Shown: positions 36,893 to 47,774, numbered from the stretch's first letter. The stretch: DNA of 64,000 bases from Candidatus Parcubacteria bacterium (GCA_003599335.1 QZJN01000007.1:812-64811); one strand, 5' to 3'. Notes: generated from the sequence alone by a model not told the origin. Translations and numbers: made by a program.

Positions 36893-37678
36893 TTATTTGA
36901 GTTTATAGTAAGCCCTTTTAGGTATTGTAAGATCAATGTAATCGAGTTTTGATCTGTTTTCTTTTACCTGCGTTTTGAGCAATAAATCCAGATCTTCAAA
37001 TCTCTGATTAAAATCTAAATCCTTATCAACCCTTACTTCCCACCCCTCATAGGTTTTAAAAACAAGACTTTCTCCAAATTCAACTCTCTGGACCTGCGCG
37101 TTTAATCTTTCATTAATACTGTCCCTAAAAGATATAACGCCGGTAACTAAATTTTTACTGAAAAGACTAAGGCCCTCGTGTAAATCCTGACTCACATTTA
37201 CAGGCACGACAAGACTACCCTGACTATAAGGGGCATCCTGATAAATAACCCCCTCTGCGTCAGAATAAAAGCATTTATTTTGGGCATTGGAACAAACTAA
37301 AAGCACCGGCCTTCGCTCTTTAAAAACAACTGAAATTTTATCAGGAAATTCTTTTTTTACCGAAACGTTTGAAATAACAGGAAAACTTTTAGTTATGAAA
37401 TCGGCCAACTTTTCTTCAGAAAAAAAGATGGAGTTTTTACCACTTACAAAAAGAAGGACTTTTTTATCCAAATAATTATTTATTGCCGATAATAAATCTT
37501 CGGTACCAAGTTGTTCGTGCCCAGATAAAACAATATTTGAGATGTTAAACCAATCTGAAAATAAAGCTATATAGCCGACAAAAAAAGCTAACAGAAGAAA
37601 GATGGCGGAAAATATTAAAAGCTTACTTTTGAATTTTTTTTTCTTAAGATATGCATTTTCCCAACGGAGCGAATCCAT
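36893..37678 (-). CDS. ftsQ: Cell division protein FtsQ/DivIB
   Basis: Basic N-terminus, TM, POTRA (VSVKKEFPDKISVVFKER), C-terminal DYIDL. Confidence 0.85.
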   Translation of the reverse strand: MDSLRWENAYLKKKKFKSKLLIFSAIFLLLAFFVGYIALFSDWFNISNIVLSGHEQLGTEDLLSAINNYLDKKVLLFVSGKNSIFFSEEKLADFITKSFPVISNVSVKKEFPDKISVVFKERRPVLLVCSNAQNKCFYSDAEGVIYQDAPYSQGSLVVPVNVSQDLHEGLSLFSKNLVTGVISFRDSINERLNAQVQRVEFGESLVFKTYEGWEVRVDKDLDFNQRFEDLDLLLKTQVKENRSKLDYIDLTIPKRAYYKLK

Positions 37679-37687
37679 CTTGTTTTT

Positions 37688-38818
37688 TTATTTATAAATA
37701 CGCTTTAAAAGAGGATTAATACGACTAACAACCTCATAACTTATTGTATCAATTTTTTCCGCCAATTCTTCCGCGGAAATAATTTCATTCAAATCTTTTC
37801 CTATTAAAGTGGCTGTTTTTTCCAACCCGGCCTTTGAAATATTTGTAACATCAACCATAATCATATTCATACAAACCCTACCTAAAACTTTAGCTCTTTT
37901 TCCAGAAATTAAAACCTCCCCAACCGAAGATAACCCTCTATCATAACCATCCCAATAACCAACGGGTAAAACTGCCACCTTTGAATCTTTTTTTACTTTT
38001 TCAGTGAGATTATACCCCACAAACGAACCTTTCCTTAATTTTTTTACTTGAGCTATCTTAACTTTCCAACTCAAAGTTGGTTTTAAAAACAATCCATTTT
38101 TTCTTTCAACAAATATTTTAGTCTCTTCTGATGGCCAAAGACCGTATAAACTAATACCCGGCCTTATAAGATTAAAATGACTTTGTGGAAAAACAAGAGC
38201 CGCCGCAGAAGCTGCGCAATGGATAAATTTGGGATAGAAACCTCTGGCTTTAAAAATATTTACGGCTTTTTCCAGATTATTAAGTTGTTTTTTTGCATAT
38301 ACCAAATCCGAAGCGTCTTCTGCGTTTGCGAAATGGGTAGATAAACCCTCCAAAGATATGTTTTTATTTTTAACAAACTCTTCTAAAAAATCAGCAATAT
38401 CTTCAAACGCTATTCCCTGCCTGTTCGTCCCTGTCTCAATTTTTAGATGAACCGGAAAAATAACATTTTTTTTCTTGGCAATTCTGCCAAATTTTATCAA
38501 AGACTCTAAATTATATATAACGGCGCGAAGATTATATTCAAAAAGATACTTTAAATCTGAAATCGGAACATAACCCAAAATAAGAATAGGTTGTTTTATC
38601 TTTGCAAGACGCAGTGCAACGGCTTCCTCCATAGAATCAACCCCAAACCAATTTGCTCCGCCTTTTAGAAAAATCTTAGCCGCACCAACAAGTCCATGAC
38701 CATAAGCATTGCTTTTTACTATAGCCATAAGCTCGCTTTTTGGAGCGAGCTTTCTAAAACTTTTAACATTATGAAGTAAGGCTTTAATATCAACCTCTAC
38801 CCACGAACGAGTTTCCAT
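37688..38818 (-). CDS. alr: Alanine racemase
   Basis: AIVKSNAYGHG PLP-lysine motif, HLKIETG, GYWDG, GRVCMN. Confidence 0.97.
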   Translation of the reverse strand: METRSWVEVDIKALLHNVKSFRKLAPKSELMAIVKSNAYGHGLVGAAKIFLKGGANWFGVDSMEEAVALRLAKIKQPILILGYVPISDLKYLFEYNLRAVIYNLESLIKFGRIAKKKNVIFPVHLKIETGTNRQGIAFEDIADFLEEFVKNKNISLEGLSTHFANAEDASDLVYAKKQLNNLEKAVNIFKARGFYPKFIHCAASAAALVFPQSHFNLIRPGISLYGLWPSEETKIFVERKNGLFLKPTLSWKVKIAQVKKLRKGSFVGYNLTEKVKKDSKVAVLPVGYWDGYDRGLSSVGEVLISGKRAKVLGRVCMNMIMVDVTNISKAGLEKTATLIGKDLNEIISAEELAEKIDTISYEVVSRINPLLKRIYK

Positions 38819-38823
38819 TTCTT

Positions 38824-40086
38824 TTATCTAGTCTTAATCTCTTTAAAAGAAAGATAGGAATGCAGAGCTTTTGGTATTTTTATTGAGCCGTCTTTTTGTT
38901 GATAGTTTTCAATAATTGCAATAAGCATTCTCCCAATAGCAAAAGCTGTGCCATTAAGCATGTGAACAAGTTTATTTTCCTTTCCGTCTTTGTATTTAAT
39001 GTTTAATCTTCGCGATTGAAAATCTGTTGTATTGCTACAAGAATGAGTTTCACGATAAACGTTTTGCCCAGGCATCCAAGCCTCAATGTCAAAAGTCGCG
39101 GCAGATGGGGCCGATAGATCGGCCGTACAAAGCTCAACAACACGATAAGGAATTTCAAGTTTTTGCATTAACTCCTCTTCACAGGATAAGAGTAGTTTAT
39201 GTTCTTTTTCAGAATCTTCTGATTTTGAAAAAATAAACATCTCAACCTTATCAAACTGATGCACCCGCAAAATTCCCTTGGTGTCTTTACCGTATGAGCC
39301 AGCTTCTCTACGAAAGCAGGTTGAAAATGCAACATAGCGCAATGGCAAATGTTTCTGATCTAAAACCTCGCCAGCATGCATGGGACCAATGCTTTGTTCT
39401 GAAGTTCCAACAAGATAAGAATTGTCTTTTTCAAGATAATACCGTTCGGCTCTATCTTTTTCTGTATCTACATATCCCATCGCCTGCATCATTTCTTCTT
39501 TGATAATAACCGGCGGCACAACCGGCATAAAACCTTTTTTTGAAAGCTCGTTCATTGCAAATTGAACCAAGGCAAACTCAAGTTGTACGAGTTCACTTTT
39601 TATATAACCAAAACGAGAGCCGGAAACCTTCCCAGCCCGTTCAATGTCTATAAAATTAGGCTCGGTTAGCGCCAGATAATCCTCTGGTTTAAATTCAAAA
39701 TCCGGCTTTTTACCCCATTCACGAATAACTTTATTATCTGTCTCGCTTTTACCAATAGGAACAGAGTCTAAAGGAATATTTGGAATTTTCTTCAGTCCTC
39801 TTAAGGCTTCGGTGTATTTTTTATATTGATCCTCATTATATTTAATATCATTTTTAAGCTTCCCGGCTTGCTCTAACATTTCTTTTGTTTTTTTATTTCC
39901 TGCCTTAGCAATTTCTTCTGAAACTTTGTTTAATTGCGCACGTTTATCTTCAAGCTTCTTTTTTAGCGCTCTTTCTTGTTGCAGCACCTCCTTTATCTCA
40001 ACGATGTCAATATCTTTAATCCCCCGGTTTTTTAAAGCGGTTTTTACTTTATCTACATCTTCTAAGATTAAATCTTTATTAATCAT
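38824..40086 (-). CDS. serS: Serine--tRNA ligase
   Basis: N-terminal coiled coil, CFRREAGSYGKDTKGILRVHQFDKVE, SCSNTTDFQSRR. Confidence 0.97.
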   Translation of the reverse strand: MINKDLILEDVDKVKTALKNRGIKDIDIVEIKEVLQQERALKKKLEDKRAQLNKVSEEIAKAGNKKTKEMLEQAGKLKNDIKYNEDQYKKYTEALRGLKKIPNIPLDSVPIGKSETDNKVIREWGKKPDFEFKPEDYLALTEPNFIDIERAGKVSGSRFGYIKSELVQLEFALVQFAMNELSKKGFMPVVPPVIIKEEMMQAMGYVDTEKDRAERYYLEKDNSYLVGTSEQSIGPMHAGEVLDQKHLPLRYVAFSTCFRREAGSYGKDTKGILRVHQFDKVEMFIFSKSEDSEKEHKLLLSCEEELMQKLEIPYRVVELCTADLSAPSAATFDIEAWMPGQNVYRETHSCSNTTDFQSRRLNIKYKDGKENKLVHMLNGTAFAIGRMLIAIIENYQQKDGSIKIPKALHSYLSFKEIKTR

Positions 40087-41542
40087 TTTTTTCTTTGAAA
40101 TATGGGAATATTGTTGTTTCGCGGATTGATTTATCCATTAAAACAGAGAATACGCGCTCAGACATTCCAAAACCGGCAGTTGGAGGCATCCCGTATTCCA
40201 GAGCTTCAATAAAAGCTTCGTCCAAAATCTGGGCCTCTTTGTCGCCGGCTTCACGAAGTTTCATTTGCTCTTCAAATCTTATGCGCTGATCAATTGGATC
40301 ATTCAATTCTGAAAAGCCATTTCCAATTTCTGAACCGCCGGCCATAATTTGAAAACGTTCAACTTGTTTTGGATTTTCAGACCTTCTCTTGGAAAGCGGG
40401 GAAACTTCAACCGGATGATGAATAATAAAACAAGGTTGAATCATTTTTGGCCTTACCGTTTTTTTAAAAATTAAATCTGCAAGCCTACCCCATCCCAATT
40501 CTTTATCTGCCTCAATTTTTAAAGACTGAGCTTTTTTGAGCAAATCTTCTTTTGAAGCCTTATTTAAATCAAGGCTTGTTTCTTTTTTGAAAACATCAAA
40601 ATAATCAATACGCGGCCACTTTTCTCCCCATTGAATTTTTTTACCATCGTATTCCGATTCCCCACGACCCAAAATTTTCTGCGCCAACTCCTTATAAAGC
40701 TTTTCCGTAAGCTCCATCGCATTATTATAATCCGCGTATGACCAGTAAAATTCCATCTGGGTATATTCTTGAAGATGCTCGGCATCAATGCCTTCATTTC
40801 TAAAAATCCTTCCTATCTCAAAAACTTTTTCATATCCGCCAACAATTAACTTCTTAAGCGGGAGCTCAAGAGAAATCCTAAGATAAAAATCTCTATTCAG
40901 GGCATTATAACGAGTACTAAAAGGCTCGGCGTCCGCACCCCCCGGAATATCTTCAAATACGGGCGTTTCAACCTCTAAAAAACCTTCTTTTGTTAGAAAA
41001 TTCCTAACGGTCTGCCAAAAAATATTTTTCTTCCTGAATAACTCTTTTGTTTCGGGATTTAAAAGCAAATCAAGATAACGACGCCTCATCCTTTCTTCAA
41101 AATCTTTCAGGCCATACCAAGTTGTCGGAACCGGCCTTATTGTTTTGACCAAAACTTTGTAATCCGAAACGTCAAGGCTCTTTTCGCCTCTTTTTGTTGT
41201 GAGAGCACTGCCATGAGCCTCGATAAAGTCACCAATATCAATAAATTCTTGCAGTTGCTTAAATTTTTCTTTACCTAATTTTTCTTCTTGGCAATGAAGT
41301 TGCAACTTGGAATCACCCCCCTGCAAATCCAAAAAAAGTAATGACCCATGCTCTCTTCTTCCAATGATCCTCCCGGCTAAAACAAGGTTTGTTTTGGCAT
41401 TTTCAAACTTATCGAATCCTTCTATAACCTCGCGAATATTGTGAGTACGAGAAGTTCTTGCCGGATAAGGATTAACCCCGGCTTTTTTCAAAGACTCAAG
41501 TTTTTCTATTCGCATCCGGCGCAGTTCTTCAATAGAAGCCAT
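40079..41542 (-). CDS. lysS: Lysine--tRNA ligase (class II)
   Basis: RRRYLDL, YLRISLEL, FEIGRIFRNEG, YGMPPTAGFG. Confidence 0.97.
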   Translation of the reverse strand: MASIEELRRMRIEKLESLKKAGVNPYPARTSRTHNIREVIEGFDKFENAKTNLVLAGRIIGRREHGSLLFLDLQGGDSKLQLHCQEEKLGKEKFKQLQEFIDIGDFIEAHGSALTTKRGEKSLDVSDYKVLVKTIRPVPTTWYGLKDFEERMRRRYLDLLLNPETKELFRKKNIFWQTVRNFLTKEGFLEVETPVFEDIPGGADAEPFSTRYNALNRDFYLRISLELPLKKLIVGGYEKVFEIGRIFRNEGIDAEHLQEYTQMEFYWSYADYNNAMELTEKLYKELAQKILGRGESEYDGKKIQWGEKWPRIDYFDVFKKETSLDLNKASKEDLLKKAQSLKIEADKELGWGRLADLIFKKTVRPKMIQPCFIIHHPVEVSPLSKRRSENPKQVERFQIMAGGSEIGNGFSELNDPIDQRIRFEEQMKLREAGDKEAQILDEAFIEALEYGMPPTAGFGMSERVFSVLMDKSIRETTIFPYFKEKND

Positions 41543-41572
41543 ATTATAGATATTATAGATAAAAAAGCTTCA

Positions 41573-41611
41573 ATAATCAAAAACGCTCGTAGGCCGAGCG
41601 TTTTTGATTAT
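41573..41611 (-). terminator. Intrinsic terminator after greA
   Basis: Perfect 17-bp arms ATAATCAAAAACGCTCG / CGAGCGTTTTTGATTAT with a 5-nt loop. Confidence 0.85.
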
Positions 41612-41623
41612 AATTAAAGAAAT

Positions 41624-42088
41624 TTAGGAAATATTCCCGATTGTGTATTTTATTACACCCGAAGGAGTTTTTATTTCAACGACGTCTCCAACTTTTTTAC
41701 CAAGTAATGCCTTGCCTATTGGAGACTCATTTGAGATTTTACCCTGCAAAGGATCGGCATCTTCAGAGCCAACTATGTGATACGTTTTTGTTTCGCTGCC
41801 AGATTTAACTTTTATCGTTGATCCAATTTGAACCTTACCGGTTGGCTTTGATTTTTGTATAACAACCGCTCGTTTCACTAAATCCTCCAACTCATAAATA
41901 CGGCGCTCGTTTTGATCTTGCGCCTCCCTCGCCTCCATGTATTCTGCATTCTCGCTTAAATCACCGAGTTTTTTAGCCTCCTCAATCCTTTGAGAAATCT
42001 CCTGACGCTTAGAGCTCTTTAAAATTTCAAGCTCGTTCTTTAATTCCTTAAGCTTATCAGCCGATATGTATTCTGCGTTTTCCTGCAT
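41624..42088 (-). CDS. greA: Transcription elongation factor GreA
   Basis: GDLSENAEY, ISNESPIGKALLG. Confidence 0.97.
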   Translation of the reverse strand: MQENAEYISADKLKELKNELEILKSSKRQEISQRIEEAKKLGDLSENAEYMEAREAQDQNERRIYELEDLVKRAVVIQKSKPTGKVQIGSTIKVKSGSETKTYHIVGSEDADPLQGKISNESPIGKALLGKKVGDVVEIKTPSGVIKYTIGNIS

Positions 42089-42147
42089 AATTATATATTA
42101 AGCCTCAATAATAGAGGCCCACATAAACAAAGTCAATGGTTGATATT

Positions 42148-44103
42148 TCATTGTCCTTGTTTTTGGTACTCGTCAAAATACCACCTCAATATCTCACGGG
42201 CTAATGGAACTGCCGATGTTGGACCATCGCCTCCACCCTCAACAACCACCGTTAAAACCAGGGAGGAATTTTCCGTAGGAGCAACGGCATTCATCCAACT
42301 ATGAGTCCTGGAATTACCAGGCCCAAATTGAGCCGTGCCGGTCTTACCGGCGGAAGAGAACGGCAAAGAAGAAAAAGATGCGGCTGTCCCATAGGCGGTT
42401 GTGCCCGACATTCCTTCCATTACAACTTTCAAATTAGATTGGTTAAAGCTAACACTACCAATCACCTCCGGCTCAATTTGCTCCACGGTCCCAAGTTTAT
42501 CGTCGACTAAAGATTTTAAAATTGTTGGCTTAAATAATTTTCCATCTGCAACCAAAGCGACAAAAGCCTTAGCAAGCTGCAGAGGTGTCACAAGTAAATC
42601 CCCCTGACCGATACTAACATGATAGGTATTGCCTATATTCCAAGGGCCGGCATTGTTTTTATTAGCTGCCTTCCAGACTGGAGTTGGGACTAAACCACTG
42701 GCTTCGGCTGGAAGATCTATATCTGTTAAATAACCAAAATCAAACAATTCAAGATATTTTTGTATCCTATCAATCCCCAATCCTTTTACGTCGCCATAAC
42801 CACCACCTATGGTATAAAAATAAACGTCAACCGAATTAGCAATGGCTTTTACCATATCAACGATTCCATGCACCTTCCAATCCTTGAACACAGATGGATT
42901 GGAAGGATTATAAGGATTTGGTATTACTATCTGACCACCGGCGTAAATTGTTTTTTTTGGGTCAATAATATTCTCTTCAAGAGCCGCCAAGGCTATAAAT
43001 GGCTTTATTGAAGAACCGGGAGGATAAACCCCAGAAATAGGCCTGTGAAAAAGAGGTTTGTTTTTATCCGAAACCAAAGATTTAAAACCTGAAACGCTTA
43101 TACCAGACGCAAATAAATTATTATCAAAACTCGGCCAACTAACTAGAGCTAAAATTTCTCCACTTTGAGGGTCAATTGCAACGGCTGCGGCGCCGTCAAC
43201 CGACGACACCCCACCCAGGGAAGTTTTAAATTGATCGTAAATCTTTTTCTGAAGATTAACATCAATACTCAAAACAAGATTTGGTCCACTGGCCGGCAAA
43301 GATATTAAATCTTCTTTTTGGATATGTCCCCTGGCATTAACATTGAATCGTCGCAAACCGGCAGAACCCCTCAAAATCTCATCATAAAAAAGCTCAACCC
43401 CGGATTTCCCAACATAATCGGTCGGAAAATATTTTCCGGTTTTAAGTTCTTGTTGATTTACCCTGCCAGTATAGCCCAAAACATGAGCCAACTCGTATCC
43501 AAATGGATAATATCTAACAGAACCCTTTTCCAACCTGAAACCCGGGAGATCAACAATCTGGCTTTCAATCTTCAAAATTTCTTCATGACTCAAGCCAAAA
43601 GCCAAAGGAATTGGCTCGGTTGAATTGTAGTCAAGATTGCTGAAAAAATTTATCAATAAACCCCTCTCCATCTTCAAAGATATTTCGAGAAAATCAAGAA
43701 TATTTTTGTTTTCGTAGATATTTTCTGGCAACAATTCTGGTATCACAACCAAATCAAAATTGGGTTTATTTTCAACTAAAGGTATAAGATTTCTGTCGTA
43801 AATTATCCCGCGAGGAGCCGCTATTGGGTAAACGCGGCTGGCATTTTTTTCGGCTGCCAAAATATATGCCGAACCGGATTCGGCTTGTAATTTTGAGGAG
43901 TAAATTATTAAGCCAAAAGAAACTATCAGAAATATAATGCCTAGTATATAGAAAACAAAATCTGGTATTGCCGATTCTAATTTATTTTCCAAATAGGCTT
44001 TTGGGTTTTTGGGATCATTATATAAAGGAGCATCTGGGAGTATTTCTTCCGGTTCAATGACAAAAGCATTATTACGTTTGATTTTAAACTTTTTACCAAC
44101 CAT
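42148..44103 (-). CDS. mrdA: Penicillin-binding protein 2 (class B)
   Basis: APRGIIYDRN, YPPGSSIKP (SxxK), AGKTGTAQ; downstream of mreBCD. Confidence 0.92.
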   Translation of the reverse strand: MVGKKFKIKRNNAFVIEPEEILPDAPLYNDPKNPKAYLENKLESAIPDFVFYILGIIFLIVSFGLIIYSSKLQAESGSAYILAAEKNASRVYPIAAPRGIIYDRNLIPLVENKPNFDLVVIPELLPENIYENKNILDFLEISLKMERGLLINFFSNLDYNSTEPIPLAFGLSHEEILKIESQIVDLPGFRLEKGSVRYYPFGYELAHVLGYTGRVNQQELKTGKYFPTDYVGKSGVELFYDEILRGSAGLRRFNVNARGHIQKEDLISLPASGPNLVLSIDVNLQKKIYDQFKTSLGGVSSVDGAAAVAIDPQSGEILALVSWPSFDNNLFASGISVSGFKSLVSDKNKPLFHRPISGVYPPGSSIKPFIALAALEENIIDPKKTIYAGGQIVIPNPYNPSNPSVFKDWKVHGIVDMVKAIANSVDVYFYTIGGGYGDVKGLGIDRIQKYLELFDFGYLTDIDLPAEASGLVPTPVWKAANKNNAGPWNIGNTYHVSIGQGDLLVTPLQLAKAFVALVADGKLFKPTILKSLVDDKLGTVEQIEPEVIGSVSFNQSNLKVVMEGMSGTTAYGTAASFSSLPFSSAGKTGTAQFGPGNSRTHSWMNAVAPTENSSLVLTVVVEGGGDGPTSAVPLAREILRWYFDEYQKQGQ

Positions 44104-44626
44104 GGCTTTTATTTTTTTTAATCAGTGGTTTGCCAGCGATAAAAAAATCTGGCCAAAAAAATCCTGCAACCAAAAGAATAGTTGAGTTAATCAAAGCGGT
44201 CGGTAAGACAGAACGCAAAAACCTCTCCCAAAATCCCCCAACGGCAAAGCTTGAAAACCCCAAATAATTATACAGAGATGATAAAAGTAGGAATAATACG
44301 AATGCAGAAAAAACTAAACTAAAACCCACTATTCCGACTGTCAAAAAATTCCTTTCGCCAAAAAATTTCTCAACAAACCAGCGAAGAAAAAAGAATGAAA
44401 GCAAAACCGAGACCGTCACAATGCCAAAGGGCAGGCTTGAAAAAATATCCAGCAAAATAACGCCGACCAAGACAAGCAATTCCGGGTTCTTTACTTTTGG
44501 CCGAAGGATAATTATTGTAAGCGCAAGAAAAAAAATATCGGGTTTCCAAAATTCAAATTGATTAATAAAACCAACTTGAATAAAAATACTAGCAAATATA
44601 AGAAAGGTTATGAAAGATCCACTCAT
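44093..44626 (-). CDS. mreD: Rod shape-determining protein MreD-like
   Basis: Hydrophobic, GVILLDIFSSLPFG pattern; position between mreC and pbp2. Confidence 0.7.
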   Translation of the reverse strand: MSGSFITFLIFASIFIQVGFINQFEFWKPDIFFLALTIIILRPKVKNPELLVLVGVILLDIFSSLPFGIVTVSVLLSFFFLRWFVEKFFGERNFLTVGIVGFSLVFSAFVLFLLLSSLYNYLGFSSFAVGGFWERFLRSVLPTALINSTILLVAGFFWPDFFIAGKPLIKKNKSHGW

Positions 44627-45444
44627 TGAACTCCTTCTATAATAAGAACACTGCCGACAGAAGTATAATCAATAAATGGTTCAATAACAGCCTGTTGATA
44701 GATTTCAGAATCGATGTTTATGACTTGTTTTACTCTGCCTATTGGCAACCCCTGTATAAAAATTCCGTCAAGACCCGAGCTAATAACAACATCGCCCTCT
44801 TTTAATGATTGATTTTTGGGGACGAAATCAAAAATAAGCCCTCCGTGCAATCTTCCTATCACTATACCGCTCGCCGACTCTGTTTTTGCGCTAACTTTGC
44901 TTAAGGGATCGGAAAGAAAAATCATCTGACTTGTTTTATTATAAGTTTCACCAACCCTGCCAATAAGAATCTGGTTTTCGCCCAAAACATTCATATTTTT
45001 TTGAATTCCGTTATTGCTTCCGACGTTTAAAATCCCAAAATCAATAAATCCAATGCTATCATTGGCGATAACGCTGGCAACCATAGGAACAAATTTCAAA
45101 CTTTCATTAAGACCGAGCTGACTTTTCAGAAAATTATTTTCTGATTCAAGGGAGATAAGTCTGGCCTCAAGTTGGCCAACTTCTCCACGAAGACTATTTA
45201 ATTCCTGAACGGTCTGACTTGATTTATTTATCGAACCAAAGGCATATATTAAATTTGCAAACCAGTCGGTCAGGTGATTAATGGGTAAAATGAGAGCAAC
45301 CCCCGGCCTAACCAAAAAATCCTTAAAATAAAAACCAACGACAAAAACAACAATTATAACCAAAACAATAAATAAAGTATTCCAAAAACTCCATAAAGTC
45401 TTTGAAGATTTCAATTTAAAAGACTTGGTCATTTTATTACTCAA
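44623..45444 (-). CDS. mreC: Rod shape-determining protein MreC
   Basis: TM, coiled coil (LESENNFLK), GDVVISSGLDGIF..GLPIG. Confidence 0.92.
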   Translation of the reverse strand: MSNKMTKSFKLKSSKTLWSFWNTLFIVLVIIVVFVVGFYFKDFLVRPGVALILPINHLTDWFANLIYAFGSINKSSQTVQELNSLRGEVGQLEARLISLESENNFLKSQLGLNESLKFVPMVASVIANDSIGFIDFGILNVGSNNGIQKNMNVLGENQILIGRVGETYNKTSQMIFLSDPLSKVSAKTESASGIVIGRLHGGLIFDFVPKNQSLKEGDVVISSGLDGIFIQGLPIGRVKQVINIDSEIYQQAVIEPFIDYTSVGSVLIIEGVQ

Positions 45445-46471
45445 CGAAATTTAGGAATTTCCTGTAATAATCGAAGTTTTCCAAAACCAAACCCGTACCA
45501 CGAACCACGGAAGTTAAAGGATCATCGGCTATTTTAACAGGAATTTTTATCTCATGAGCAATAAGCCTATCGAGACCCCGCAACAAAGAGCTGCCGCCGG
45601 AAAGCACCATGCCTCTGTGCAAAATATCCGCAACCAACTCTGGAGGAGTATCTTCAATCGTATTGTGAATCGCCTCTATTATCGTTTTAAGGGATTTTGA
45701 GAGAGCCTGCTTAACTTGAGAGCTTGTAATCGTAACCTCCTTGGGCAAGCCGGAAACAACATCTCTCCCCTTTAGACTCATCTCCAAATCGTCGTTGATG
45801 TTAACAGCCGAACCAATTGCAATTTTAACTTCTTCAGCAGCTCTCTCGCCTATGTGCTGCTTAAACTGATCACGCGCATAATTTATAATATCTTCGTTAA
45901 AACGATCTCCGGCCACCTTAAGGCTGCGGATTGTCACCAATCCTCCCATAGATATAATGCCAACCTCTGTAGTTCCTCCTCCAATATCGGCAACAAGGGT
46001 GCCCACGGGTTCATCGATCGGGAGCCTAGACCCTAAAGCCGAGGCAACCAACTCTTCTATGAGGTAAACCTCCCGAGCTCCGGCATTAAAAGCCGCATCC
46101 TGAACTGCTTTTTTTTCAACTTCAGTGGCAATGGAAGGAATACCGACTATAACTTTTGGTCTTGGTACTAAAATTTTAAAATCCTGATGAGCTTTTCCTA
46201 TAAAATAGCGGAGCATCTGCTCTGTAACCTCAAAATCAGAAATAACGCCGTTTATCAAAGGTCGGGTTACGCTTATATGAGACGGCGTTCGTCCTATCAT
46301 TTTTTTTGCACCCTCCCCTATCTCAAGAACTTGATTCGTTTTTTGATTTATCGCAACGACCGAGGGTTCGGTTATTGAAATCCCTTTGTTTTTTATATAA
46401 ACAAGCGTATTGGCCGTACCCAAGTCAATTCCTAGATCTTTTGAAAATATGCCAAAGAAATTATTAAGCAT
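45437..46471 (-). CDS. mreB: Rod shape-determining actin homolog MreB
   Basis: DLGIDLGTANT, EPSVVA, DIGGGTTE. Confidence 0.96.
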   Translation of the reverse strand: MLNNFFGIFSKDLGIDLGTANTLVYIKNKGISITEPSVVAINQKTNQVLEIGEGAKKMIGRTPSHISVTRPLINGVISDFEVTEQMLRYFIGKAHQDFKILVPRPKVIVGIPSIATEVEKKAVQDAAFNAGAREVYLIEELVASALGSRLPIDEPVGTLVADIGGGTTEVGIISMGGLVTIRSLKVAGDRFNEDIINYARDQFKQHIGERAAEEVKIAIGSAVNINDDLEMSLKGRDVVSGLPKEVTITSSQVKQALSKSLKTIIEAIHNTIEDTPPELVADILHRGMVLSGGSSLLRGLDRLIAHEIKIPVKIADDPLTSVVRGTGLVLENFDYYRKFLNFVE

Positions 46472-47762
46472 TTTTTACAGGTCTTTTGTTTTTTAGTTTT
46501 GTGAGATTTTTTATTAGAGAATTGACATTAATTAATTTAGGCTTGGCTTCTTTCCTTCCTTTCACCTCAACAAAAGAAGACCCCTTAGCAATAGTTTTGG
46601 GTCCAATAACAATTCTCAAAGGGATTCCGATCAAATCGGCTTCGGCAAGCTTTTCACCGGTAGAGAAACCGTCCCTGTCGTCGTATAAAACATCGATTCC
46701 CAACTCGGATAATTTTTTATATAACTGTTCCGAAGCTTTTTTTATTTTAGAACCCTCTTTGGAATTACCGCCAGCAAGAGCAATAAGATGGAACCCAAAA
46801 GGCGCCACGGAATCAGGCCAGGTTATACCCCTTTCATCATGATGAACATCGACAATGGTTCCCATAACTCTGGCGGGGCCTATACCGTAAGAGGCCATCC
46901 AAACAAGATTATTCTGACCAAACTTGTCTTTATATGTAAGCCCAAGATCTTTACTAAATCTTGTTCCAAGACGAAAGATATTACCGACTTCAACGCCCTT
47001 TGCCTCGGTAACCTGATCAGACCCCAAAGGACATTTATCGCCAGCTTTTAACTTGGCAATCTCTTTATTTTGAGCCCAACCGTGTTTGGGGCAATAAACT
47101 ATAGTGTCTTCACCATAAGGACTCAAAACCTGAAATTCGTGAGAATAATCCTTTGTAAAAGCTCCGCCCGAGGCCTCTATCATCAAAGGCTTCAAGCCGC
47201 ATCTCTTAAAAATCGAAAGATAAGCCTCGCCAACTCGTTTATAATATCTATCTAAATCTGAAGCATCTGCGTGAAAACTATATAAATCTTTCATAATAAA
47301 CTCCCTCGTCCTAACAAGCCCAGATTTAACACGCAGTTCATCTCTAAATTTAACTTGTATCTGATAAATCGCTTTGGGCAAATCCCTATAAGATTGAATA
47401 AAATTTTTCCCAAGCCAAGCCACAGCCTCTTCATGAGTCGGTGCCAACCCAACCATTCTCTGAGAATGATCCTTTAGTTGATACATTATTTCGTTTAAAC
47501 CCTTCCAGCGACCGGTCATATCCCACAATTCCTTTGGTTGCAGCACAGAAAGATGAAGTTCTGTTGCTCCAGTTGCATTCATTTCTTCTTTTATGATTGA
47601 ATTTATTTTATCCATTACTCTCCATCCTAACGGCAAAAATACGTAAACCCCCGCCATAAACTTACGGATAAAACCACCCCTTTCAAGCAAACGAGCATTA
47701 ACTGAAATTTCGTCCTTAGGCTCTTCTCTTGATACTTTACTAAAAAGCTCACTTTGTCTCAT
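46464..47762 (-). CDS. proS: Proline--tRNA ligase (short, no INS editing domain)
   Basis: MRQSELF, LAPTHEE, KFRDE, REFIMKDLYSF, EVGNIFRLG, MASYGIG. Confidence 0.96.
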   Translation of the reverse strand: MRQSELFSKVSREEPKDEISVNARLLERGGFIRKFMAGVYVFLPLGWRVMDKINSIIKEEMNATGATELHLSVLQPKELWDMTGRWKGLNEIMYQLKDHSQRMVGLAPTHEEAVAWLGKNFIQSYRDLPKAIYQIQVKFRDELRVKSGLVRTREFIMKDLYSFHADASDLDRYYKRVGEAYLSIFKRCGLKPLMIEASGGAFTKDYSHEFQVLSPYGEDTIVYCPKHGWAQNKEIAKLKAGDKCPLGSDQVTEAKGVEVGNIFRLGTRFSKDLGLTYKDKFGQNNLVWMASYGIGPARVMGTIVDVHHDERGITWPDSVAPFGFHLIALAGGNSKEGSKIKKASEQLYKKLSELGIDVLYDDRDGFSTGEKLAEADLIGIPLRIVIGPKTIAKGSSFVEVKGRKEAKPKLINVNSLIKNLTKLKNKRPVKNA

Positions 47763-47774
47763 TGTTTTTTATGT

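Noticed and set aside
36794-36893. Replication terminus/dif at the gene-orientation switch
   Set aside because: No convincing dif match, and the plus strand looks C-rich on both sides; a computed cumulative GC skew would settle it
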